Source of the DNA: Azolla caroliniana
Taxonomy: Eukaryota > Plantae > Polypodiophyta
DNA: 64,000 bases
Direction of reading: 5' to 3'
NCBI GenBank assembly: GCA_043228905.1
Contig: JBHGNT010000002.1
Span: 16,430,001 to 16,494,000 of the forward strand
Below, piece after piece: positions 46,827 through 58,150 of the stretch (within the stretch, counting starts at the first letter, position 1; each line of letters opens with the position of its first letter). The translations under genes were made by a program, and so were the position numbers. The notes below the pieces were generated by a model, which was not told the DNA's origin, searched no databases, and saw only the letters and a program-made list of their open reading frames with translations.

Positions 46827-48845
46827 TCAAATCACCTCGATCCCAAGGAAATAGTGAAGGTCCTCTAGGTCCTTCATCTCAAACGCATCCGACAACTTGG
46901 ACTTGACGCGGCTAATTTCATCGAGTCCGGGTCTAGTGATGACCAGATCATCAACATACAGCAAGATGCAAACCAGACCATCCGGACCTTGCCGGATGAA
47001 CAATGAAGAGTCGGACTTGGAGGCCGCAAACCCCATCTTACGCAACCGGTGCGTGATCTTTGCATTCCAAGCTCGGGGTGCTTGCTTCAGGCCATAAAGT
47101 GACTTCTTCAGCCGGCATGCCGCCGACTTGTTCATCTCCGTCTGGAAACTGGGGGGTTGTATCATAAAGACCTCTTCTTCAAGATCTCCTTGAAGAAATG
47201 CATTCTTCACATCCATCTGGTGAAGATGCCACCCCCTTGCTGCAGCAACCGCCAGCACCACACGAACCGTCGTCATCTTCGCTACTGGAGCGAAGGTCTC
47301 GTCATAGTCGATTCCGTGGGTCTGTGTGTATCCCTTCGCCACTAACCGGACCTTGTACCGGTTAACTGAGCTGTCGACGTTGTACTTTACCTTGTACACC
47401 CACTTGCATCCGATTGGTTTACTGTGACGGGGAGGGTCAACCAGGTCCCATGTATCGTTGGCATCAAGTGCCCGCATCTCTTCTTCCATAGCAGCACGCC
47501 AATGTGTGTCCTTTGCCGCTTTTGCATAGCTCTCCGGCTCACGCACTTCCGCCACCTTGGTCATGTACACATAGTGATTCGCCATGTACTCATTGTACCC
47601 GTACCGCTTAATAGGTTCCTTCTGGCGGGTTGACCGGCGTAACTCACCGTTACCCGGTTTGAGGCCCTTCTTGGCCGGTTCGGTCTTCGGTGTCGAAGAG
47701 CCGTCATTTTCCTTTCCAGAGTCGGATCCGTTCGGATCCGACTCATCAATACCGGTTCCATAATCCGACATCTTCTTCTTCCCCTTCTCTTTGCGTGTGA
47801 ACCGTCTCCTCGGTTCCTTGCGCGGGGAGAGGACGGCAGAGTCTTCACTACTCGCCAGTTCTTCTTCTGACTGGTGGGATTGACCCAGTCTCTCGTTCGG
47901 CCCACTCAACCGAAACGATTCTGGACTCTCTTCTTGAGTCCCAGATTCATCATCTTCTGTCCTGACCGGTTCAGGCTCACTAGCCTCATCCTCCGGTATC
48001 GGGTCGGGGTCAGAAGTTGGAGCTGGTAAGGCATACCATGATGCCGTCTCATCAAATTCAACATCGTGGCTAACTCGGACCTGCTTCGTCCGGGGGTTAT
48101 AACACTTATACCCCTTTTGCTCATGTGAGTAGCCGATGAGGATGCACTTCTCCGATTTTGCATCCAGCTTCCTCCGCTTCCCATCCGGCACATGCACATA
48201 TGATATGTTGCCGAAAATCCGAAGATGTCTCAAATTCGGCTTGCGCTCGAAATACATCTCATGTGTGGGCACCTTGTCACTGATCCGGTTTTGGATGTAG
48301 GCGGCCGTTCGGACCGACTCTGCCCAGTAGAAATGGGGCATGCTCTTCTCTTCCAACATTGCCCTTGCCGTGTCGACAAGCGACTGGTTCTTTCTTTCGG
48401 CCACACCGTTTTGCTCCAGTGTGTATCTACAGCTGAACTCTCTCCGAATTCCTGTTTGCTGAAGATAACTGTTGAATTGGCCGGAAAAATATTCTTTTCC
48501 GCCATCTGACCGCAGACACTTGATCTTCCTCTCCGATTCCCGTTCCACCATGCTTTGGAGGTTCCAGAAACAGTTGAAGACTTCGCTCTTCCGCTCAATG
48601 AGGTAGATCCATGTGTGCCGGCTATAGTCGTCGATGAAGGAGACGAAGTATCGACTCCCGCCAAGACTCACGTTCTGTGCCGGTCCCCATACATCCGAAT
48701 GAATAAGGTCCAGCTTGTTACGACTACGGTTTTGTTCGGCAGGGAATGGAAGCCGATGTTGCTTCTCGAGTTGGCAGGCTTCACATACTTGGGCCTTCCG
48801 GCTACTAAACTTCGGCAAACCGAAAACAACTTGTTTCGTTTGCAA
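46827..48845 (-). pseudogene. pol: Copia integrase-RT (672-aa ORF of a disrupted pol)
   Basis: CEACQ, IHSDVWGP, RSDGGKEY, QNGVAER, MDVKNAFLQG, LYGLKQAPRAW and YVDD; stops and frameshifts flank the ORF. Confidence 0.93.
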
Positions 48846-49793
48846 GTCTTGAAGCCGCCGGTAATTGACGTGGCCGATCCGCTTGTGCCTAGGTCGACGT
48901 CCGATTCGACCTTCTGTCCTTTGGCGAACAAGGCGGTGCCAACGTCATTGGTGTCGAGGATGAACATCCTCCCATCTTTGCGCCCTTGTGCGATAATCTG
49001 GCCCTCCTCCTCAATGAAGCACCCGAGGTGCATAAACCGCACCTGCATTCCCTGGTCGACGATCTGTCCGACCAACACCAGGTTCTTCGTGATAGTCGGA
49101 ACGTGTAATATGTTCATCAACTTCCCCCTCTGTCCGACATGGCTCAGGGGAACTTCTCCGACATGCACGATTGGGTGCGGAGTGTCGTCTCCCCGGGGGC
49201 TTCACTGTTAAAACTTGTATGATAGCACGTGAGTTCATCAAAAGGGGTTTAAATTAATCAGTGAGATACAGAATATATATATATAAGGGTATTAATAAAG
49301 ATTTGAAAATATATTTACATAAGGGTATTATCAATTATGCTGGAAAAAAAAAAACATAAGCCCATGAAATATTAGATATTTCAATGAGATAGTAAAGAAT
49401 ATATTATACAAACAATACTCAAATTTGGAGTAGCATACATACATACATACATACATACATACATACATACATACATGCGTGCATGCATATACCTACATTT
49501 AAACATTACATCCATGAATATGTATATACATACATTACACCCATTTATACATGCATACTGACTAAACATAAATATATGTAGAAATATGTATTACCATATG
49601 TAAATATGTACCGACACATACATACATGCATTACATACTACATACATATTAGAATCGACCATATATATTGACATAGGAATATACATAATACATACATAAA
49701 AATTACACATTACATATATACATACACATTCTCACAAACATATTTTATATATTACATTTTTATTTTTATTTTTCCCAAAAAAGCACTAAAGCA

Positions 49794-52700
49794 TTACCAA
49801 ATGTGAAATTACAAATGCATTACCAAATGTGTCTCATTGGTGTGTTGCAGGGGATTTTAATATGCTTGAGGACCCAGAGGATAGGAAAGGTGGGAGTGTT
49901 TCAACAATTCATGGGGAGGAATTAGCAGTATGGGAACGGATGTGTTTGAAATTGAGTATTTTGGATGCATGGCATATGCCTAATGTTTATAGATCTCAGA
50001 ATTCCTTGAGTTTCTCACGTTCGGATAGGAGAATAGCTGGAACCAATCTTTCAAGATTGGATAGATTTTATGTGGGGGAGGCCTTTGTCTTAAATGGGGG
50101 AAATATCACTATTATGCCAGGCACAACTTTCTCTGATCATGCTCCTGTTATATTGAGAACCTTTGGGCAATCGAAAAGGGAGTCCATACGATTTAGGATA
50201 CCCGAAAAAGTAATGTTACATGATAGATGGTATAATCAAGTGACAGATATTTGGCAGAACAAAGATAATATGGATGCTCCCATTACAATCAAAGTGGCTT
50301 GTGCTTTGACGGAGATATCACAATATTTTGCGTTAAAATCAAGATCTGAATATATGGAATATCTGGAGAAGGAAAGAAGGATGAGGGCAAGATTGATATC
50401 TTTGCAAAGATTGCAACAGGGTCGACCAGAGTGTGCGTGGATAGCTTCACATCTTGAAGAAGCCCGAAAACAAGTTCAACATATGGAAGAATGTCGTAGT
50501 CAATTTAGGTATCACAATTCTGCTTCAAGATGGACGCAAATTGGGGATAGATGTACAAAACAATTTTTTAATATTAAAGGCCCCAAAAGAGTCTCTAATG
50601 TAACCTGTTGTTTGCGGAATGAAAATGGCGAACTTGAAATGGATCCAAATGTTGTGCGGGTAATTGCCACGAAATTCTACGCTACCCTTTTGTCAGAAGA
50701 GCCTATCTCTGAGGAGATAAGCCAAAATAGAATGAAGGTCTGGGCGGAAATTCAACCCAAGGTTACTCAAGCAATGCAAGATTCATTGTTGTCACCTATT
50801 ACAGAATTGGAGTTGGAACAAGCGCTACACTCTTTATCGGACAATAGTTGTCCTGGAGTGGATGGACTTACACCTAAATTCTACAAGAAATATTGGGGGA
50901 TACTGAAGAAAGACTTAAAAGATGCTTACCAACATATGTTTGAAAGTGGAGAGATGCCCATGTCGTTATCTGAGGGGCTTATTTATCTTATACCTAAAAC
51001 AGAAGGAGTTTCAGAAGATATTCGTAAGTGGAGGCCAATCACCCTCTTGAATACTAGTTATAAGCTATTTGCAAAGTTGCTTAGTTCTCGGTTACAAGAG
51101 GTATTACCAAAGATAATTCATGTATCGCAAACTGGTTTTATGAGGGAAAGGAGTATTATGGATAATGTTTTTACATTTTGGGAGGCTACTGCAGTAGCGG
51201 TAAAAAACAAACAAAATCTAGCCGTGTTGCTTTTAGATTTTGAGAAAGCGTATGATAGGGTTGACTGGAATTTTTTGGAAGGTACTATGCATCACTTGGG
51301 CTTCAACACGGCATGGATTAAAGGTGTTTCTTGTCTTTATAGAAATGCACACAGTCAGGTGTTGTTGGCAGGTGGAGTAGGACCTCGTTTTAACATTACT
51401 CGATCAGTTCGCCAAGGATGTCCACTTGCACCATTTTTGTTCCTTCTGTTTGCGGAAGCAATGCATGCATTTATATCATCACAATCTATAGGCTTGCGTG
51501 GTTTGGCAATGCCAATGCATGGACAAGATATATTGGACTCGGAATTTGCAGATGACACTGCATTATATGTGGATGGGACTCTAACGAATTTGCAACAAGT
51601 ACAAGGGGCTTTGTCACAGTTTTGTATAGCGTCTGGAGCTAAGTTAAATTGGGAGAAAACTGTTGCATTTTGGGTAAGCAAGGAGCCGCCGCCTTGTTGG
51701 GCACCGCATCATACTTTCCAATGGACTCAAAGAGGAGTTGCGGTTCGATATCTTGGAGTGCAGGTTGGGATTGATTTGATTCCAGAATTACATGCTGCAC
51801 CATTACTATTAACTTTGAGGAAAAAATTATTCTTGTGGAGTCATGCTAAACTATCTTTGGCCGGTAGAGTGATAATTGCCAACCATGTGCTACTATCTAC
51901 GGTGTGGTATATAGCCTCATCTTGGATCTTTTCAAAATCGTGCATTGGACAAATTCGAAGGCTGGTTAGGAATTTTATATGGGCTGGGGAAGATAAGAGT
52001 CATGTAAGAGCGAAGGTGGCTTGGAGTACATTGATAACCCCAAAACAATACGGTGGTTTGGGGATTATAGATCCATTAGACCAATGCATGGCCTTGTTAG
52101 CAAAACTAATAATTCGTGGCCTTTTACCAGGACATGCTCCTTGGAAGCAATTACTTATGCAAAGATTGTATAGTTGTGCTCCGTCGATGGGTGGATTATG
52201 GGCTGATAGCATAAGGTGGATTTTTATACCAGACAAGAAACATGTTATGTCTAGGAATTGGGAAGACAAATTTTTTAATGGTCTTCTACGAGCATGGGAG
52301 CATGTACATAAAGGGTTGGAACATGGTGTACCAACATGTGAGGACGAATACTTGAGACAAAACTTAGTGTGGAATCCGAATATGCGTTTGCCATCAGGGC
52401 ACATGTTGGGGTCCCGAACGCGATTGGATTGGGCCAAGCTCGATGTAGGGCCAGGAGCGTCCGTTGATGCATGGAAATCATTTCATACTCTGAATATAAA
52501 TGACAGATCAGAATTCTTGTCTTCCTTGAGAGGGGGGCTGATTATGTGGGACCAAGTGCAGTCAGTTTTGGGGCACTCTGACGTTACGATATGGTCCTTT
52601 AACCCTCCCAAGTGGGAAGGAGCATTTACGAGGCTTCAAGTGCTAGTGGGGGTAAGGGGACATTTGTCTTGCGGACGATGTCAAGACTATGAGGTGGAGG

Positions 52701-53891
52701 AAGATGGCAGTATAAGTAGTGCAACGATACAAACAGAGATCTTGCAATATGCTACATTTTCTAAAATAAGGGTCCTTGCTTATGACGGATCTAAGTGGCT
52801 CATCGACCCACAAGTTGAGGCGGTCAAGGAGCATTGGAAACTGAGAGTTTTTGAAAAGAAACCTTTGATAAGGTTGCAATGGGATCCGGGAGAATTTTGG
52901 TGGAAAGATCCGTTTGATCGTATGGGAAAAAGGTATGGTTTTTTCCAGTATTCAGTTAAGATGGGACGACACATTTTGGCAGCTCAACGTAGGACTACAC
53001 CACGAGCTAGTCAATTTTGGAACCACCAAGGGATCACATCAGAATTCCTAACAAAGTTTTGGGGAACATTATGGAAAAGGAAGCAAGATATGAAAATAAA
53101 TGTCTTCCAATGGTTAGTAATACATAGAGCATTGCCAATTGGCCAATGGTTGCAACAATCAGCTGCACCGACCGCATGCATCTATTGTTGTTGTCAGATG
53201 GAGACATTGAAACATTGCTTGTGGGAATGTCATGCTGCACAGCAAGTTTGGAGGCGAGTGTTCCGAGTTCTTGCCTTTATGTTTAGGGATTGCAGTTTTT
53301 CGTGGGGTATGGTAGTATGGGCCACAGTGGCACAAGTGGTGTGGCCATATGATGCATGCCCAAATGACACGATTATTAGAATTCAAAGAGGAAGGATAAT
53401 GGCGGTGCAACAAAGTCAAATGGAGGCTCCTTACATGTTAAAGACAATGCAAGAGGTATGGGAGCTACTATGCACCACCACAATGTGGTTTATTTGGACT
53501 GCTAGGTGTTCTAAGGTGTTTGGTAATACTACTATTCATCCAGTGGAAAGTACACGGAATGTCTGGATGGAGATGGTACATACCTTGAAAGGACAGTATG
53601 AGGATATTAAAGGTGAGACAGATGTTGCAGTGTTGCAACGTCTCGAATTTATTGTCTATTGGAAGAAGACCCCTTTTCTCACAATACAAAATTCAAGACC
53701 TAAATGGTGCTTCGCGCCACCAGTATGGTTGTTCCCACCACCAATCACATAACTTGGTTAAGGAGTGGTGGAGTGTTGAGGGATGGGACCTAAGGAAGAA
53801 TGCACCAGATCAATGGTAGCTTGATGGTACGTCAATTTTTTGTAATGTTGTTCATAACTAATGAAAGGATATTTTTCCCGGAAAAAAAAAA
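49794..53891 (+). mobile_element. 5'-truncated young L1-like LINE
   Basis: TSD aaaaaagcactaaagca at 49777-49793 and 53892-53908, poly(A) tail, uninterrupted ORF2. Confidence 0.95.
49829..53752 (+). CDS. LINE ORF2 (C-terminal half of APE endonuclease, RT, zf-RVT), N-terminally truncated
   Basis: GDFN, SRLDRFY and SDH endonuclease motifs; PGVDG, WRPITLLN, DFEKAYD, RQGCPLAP, FADD and YLG RT motifs; C..C...ETLKHCLWEC. Confidence 0.95.
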   Translation: MSHWCVAGDFNMLEDPEDRKGGSVSTIHGEELAVWERMCLKLSILDAWHMPNVYRSQNSLSFSRSDRRIAGTNLSRLDRFYVGEAFVLNGGNITIMPGTTFSDHAPVILRTFGQSKRESIRFRIPEKVMLHDRWYNQVTDIWQNKDNMDAPITIKVACALTEISQYFALKSRSEYMEYLEKERRMRARLISLQRLQQGRPECAWIASHLEEARKQVQHMEECRSQFRYHNSASRWTQIGDRCTKQFFNIKGPKRVSNVTCCLRNENGELEMDPNVVRVIATKFYATLLSEEPISEEISQNRMKVWAEIQPKVTQAMQDSLLSPITELELEQALHSLSDNSCPGVDGLTPKFYKKYWGILKKDLKDAYQHMFESGEMPMSLSEGLIYLIPKTEGVSEDIRKWRPITLLNTSYKLFAKLLSSRLQEVLPKIIHVSQTGFMRERSIMDNVFTFWEATAVAVKNKQNLAVLLLDFEKAYDRVDWNFLEGTMHHLGFNTAWIKGVSCLYRNAHSQVLLAGGVGPRFNITRSVRQGCPLAPFLFLLFAEAMHAFISSQSIGLRGLAMPMHGQDILDSEFADDTALYVDGTLTNLQQVQGALSQFCIASGAKLNWEKTVAFWVSKEPPPCWAPHHTFQWTQRGVAVRYLGVQVGIDLIPELHAAPLLLTLRKKLFLWSHAKLSLAGRVIIANHVLLSTVWYIASSWIFSKSCIGQIRRLVRNFIWAGEDKSHVRAKVAWSTLITPKQYGGLGIIDPLDQCMALLAKLIIRGLLPGHAPWKQLLMQRLYSCAPSMGGLWADSIRWIFIPDKKHVMSRNWEDKFFNGLLRAWEHVHKGLEHGVPTCEDEYLRQNLVWNPNMRLPSGHMLGSRTRLDWAKLDVGPGASVDAWKSFHTLNINDRSEFLSSLRGGLIMWDQVQSVLGHSDVTIWSFNPPKWEGAFTRLQVLVGVRGHLSCGRCQDYEVEEDGSISSATIQTEILQYATFSKIRVLAYDGSKWLIDPQVEAVKEHWKLRVFEKKPLIRLQWDPGEFWWKDPFDRMGKRYGFFQYSVKMGRHILAAQRRTTPRASQFWNHQGITSEFLTKFWGTLWKRKQDMKINVFQWLVIHRALPIGQWLQQSAAPTACIYCCCQMETLKHCLWECHAAQQVWRRVFRVLAFMFRDCSFSWGMVVWATVAQVVWPYDACPNDTIIRIQRGRIMAVQQSQMEAPYMLKTMQEVWELLCTTTMWFIWTARCSKVFGNTTIHPVESTRNVWMEMVHTLKGQYEDIKGETDVAVLQRLEFIVYWKKTPFLTIQNSRPKWCFAPPVWLFPPPIT

Positions 53892-53979
53892 AAAAAAGCA
53901 CTAAAGCACATAGTTATATGCATTTGGCTACATCCATTCGTTAAGTCATACAACTTAACCTTTCTATGCTCCACACATA

Positions 53980-55486
53980 GACACTTTATATATTACATAT
54001 TACACACATATATTATTATACACACAATTATATACAAATGCAAATATACAAACCAAACACGAAAAAAAAAGTACATATTTTATATATACGCATACATACA
54101 CATATACACACATTCCATACATACAATACAATACAATATATACATACACACACGAACATAACATGCATCACACATGCATATATACCTACATTCATATATC
54201 ACACGTCACACATGCGTATATACCTCTACATTCAAACATTACATCCATGAATATGTATATACATACATTACACCCATTTATACATGCATACTGACTAAAC
54301 ATAAATATATGTACAAATATATATTACCATATGAAAATATGTACATACAGATACATACATGCATTACATACTGCATACATATTAGAATCACGTTGCAACC
54401 ATATATATTGACATACATATATACATGTAACATAATACATACAATAAAATTAGATATGACATACATACATATACAAATGCATATATACATACAAAACACA
54501 GGAAAATAAATTACATATTATATATATACACATACACATACATATTAATACCTAAGACTACATATTATATCAATATGTATACAAATCTTCATACTTACAA
54601 ACAAGTTACATATATATACACGTGCACACACACAAATAAATTAGATATTACATAGCATATAATCCATACCTATTACACAATATACAAATTTACACATACA
54701 TCATTTACATATATATATATATATTACATATGTAAATACATATTCCACATATCACCATATATATAGATTATACTGGACCATACAAACCACAATACTTACA
54801 TACACACACACATTAGGTATATGTATACTTACACATACATTGGATATATACATGCATATTACGTACATATTACAAACATACATCCATATACAAACCATAT
54901 ACATACTAAACATGAAAATATCCCAAAAATATACATACATAAATACATTACATATATACGCACACATACATTCATACATTTACATACATATGACCACATA
55001 CACACATACATATACATACATTGGATATATACATACATATTACAAACACATTCATACTCATTGAATCATGTATATTGACAGATACATATATGCATACACA
55101 TACATATTCCACATATCACCATATATATACATACATATGCCTACAATGTTATAAGTTTTACAAGCATACATCCATACACATATATACATACATACATGCA
55201 TACACATAAATACGTTACATACACATACATATGTACGTTACATATGTACATACATATCATCACAAACTACAATACATACATATATACATAAATATTACAA
55301 ACAAACATCCACACACTCATGTATGCATATATGCATATACCATACACTATACACATACATACATTACATATGTACATTCATGCATGTACATACATACATT
55401 GCATATGCATATATTACAATCACACATTCATATACACTGAGTCATGTACATTGACATATGGATATATGCATACAGCTACACACATA

Positions 55487-55528
<42 letters not shown>

Positions 55529-56919
55529 TACATACATACATACATACATACATACATACATACATTACATACATTACATATGCATACATATATGTACATT
55601 TGTACATAGACATACCTATATCATTTATAGATTAGATATATACATAAATATTATGCACATATTACAATCACACATCCATACACATTGAATCGTGTACATT
55701 GTCATATGGATATATGAATACACATACATACACAGATAAATTACATATGGATATATGCATACACATATGTACATTCGCACATGGACATACATATATTCAT
55801 TTATACATTGCTACATATACATACACATATATACATTAGATATATACATAGATTTTATGTACATATGACAATCACACATCCATATACATTGAATCGTGTA
55901 CATTTACATATGCATATATGCATACATATACATACATACATTACATATATGCATACACATGTACATTCGTACATGGACATACATACTCATACATGACATA
56001 TGGATACACATATGTACATTCGTACATGAATGTTTGAATGTTATGTTTAGTATGAATGAATGAATGAATGTATGTATGTATGTATGTGCACGTAATGTAT
56101 GCATGTATGAATGAATGAATATATAAATATATGTAATGTATGCATAAAATAAGTATGCTTGCATGAATAAACGTGAATGAATGGTTGTTTCCCCCCCAAT
56201 CACACAGAATTTAAATCTTGTAAAAATGGTTACACTAATGCCAGGATATCTTCTTAAAAATAAAAATAAAAAAACTTGAATGAATGGATATATGAATGTA
56301 CATATGTAATATGTAATGTATGTATATTTATTTGTATGTGTATGCATATATGTGTGTGGATGTTTGTTTGTAATATGTATGTAAAATTAATGTATATATA
56401 TGAGCGGTATGAATGTTTAAGTTAATCTATAAAAGTGATAAGTTATAATAATGAAAACATTCTAAAGAAAAATAAAATAAAATGTGGGAGAGGGGTTTGA
56501 ATGAGAATAGGAAAAAACGGGTAAGGGGTAGGGCTAGAAATAGGAGAGGCTGAAAATAGGAGAAAGTTGGGGAGGGGTAGGGCGTAGAATATAAAGATTT
56601 TTACAAGGGGTGAGTACATAAGCTGGTGACAAATATAACACCATGCTATGCAATAGAGTGTAGGGTTGGAGATACAACATGGATAAAAATGAAATACAAA
56701 ATCTTGGCTACCATGTGTAGTCCTGGACATATGAACTACAAGAGAGATAAAGAGATATAAAAGGGAATGCATCGTTAGTAAATGTAGTCTCATGCTTACA
56801 AACAATATATATTATACATACACTGTGATACACATACATACAAATATGATATTACAAACAAACATCCACACACACATATATGTATTATGCATACACATAC
56901 ACATACAAATATACATACA

Positions 56920-57000
<81 letters not shown>

Positions 57001-57373
57001 TTGATACATGCATACATTACGTGCACATACATACATACATACATACATTCATACTAAACATAATATTCAAACATTCATGTTTTTTTTAATTTAGATTTTT
57101 GCCGCCTCCTCCTTTGCTCTACCTCCTCGCCGTTGTCGCCTCTTCTCCCCTTGTTGCTCCTGTCCTCGTTTTGCCGCCTCTGTTCTCGTTTTGCTGCCGC
57201 CGCCGCTCGCCTTGTCGTGCCTCTTTTGCTCACCATTTTTCTCTGTTGGGGTTGCCACAATTACTCTACAAATATTTTATAGGTACACATAAGTACAAAC
57301 ATCATACATAAACCAACACATAAATTCTTAGACTTACAAACACAGACACACTCACGTACATACATACATACAT

Positions 57374-57406
<33 letters not shown>

Positions 57407-57623
57407 GTATACAATCATACACATATGCCATACATACAATATATACAACAAACGAAATTAATACAATACAATACAATATGTACATACATACACACATACC
57501 TATATACACTGACATACATACACATTTACACATAACACATACATACAATACAATATGTACACACACGTGTGTGTGTGTGTAGAATATACATACACATATG
57601 GACACATATATATGTTGTATGGA

Positions 57624-57662
<39 letters not shown>

Positions 57663-57850
57663 TAACACGCATCACACATGCTATACATACAATAAATACA
57701 ATACAATACAATATGTACATACATATTACACACATACCTATATACACATGCAATACAATCCATACAATACCTATATACACATACACATACACATACACAC
57801 ACACGCGCGCACGCGCACGCCCATGCATACATACACACACACCACACATG

Positions 57851-57898
<48 letters not shown>

Positions 57899-58150
57899 CA
57901 TACCACATACAAACATATACGATGTATGGAACATACATACATACACACAAACATAAAACACAACAGACATGCATACCACATACAAACATATATGATGTAT
58001 GGAACATACATACATACGCACACAAACATAACAAACAACACACATGCATACCACATACAAACATATATGATGTATGGAACATACATACACACAAATCACA
58101 CATGAATACCACATTCACAATGCACACATACACACATATATATGATGTAT
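53980..58150. repeat. Extended degenerate (TACA)n/(CA)n/(TA)n low-complexity region
   Basis: About 4 kb of strand-biased CATA/CA repeats with internal segment duplications, e.g. 54268-54400 resembles 49533-49670. Confidence 0.92.
56025..57079. repeat. Inverted repeat / foldback
   Basis: catgaatgtttgaatgttatgtttagtatgaatg...gtgcacgtaatgtatgcatgtat at 56025 is the reverse complement of about 57005-57079. Arms continue at 56300-56380 and 56845-56925. Confidence 0.8.
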
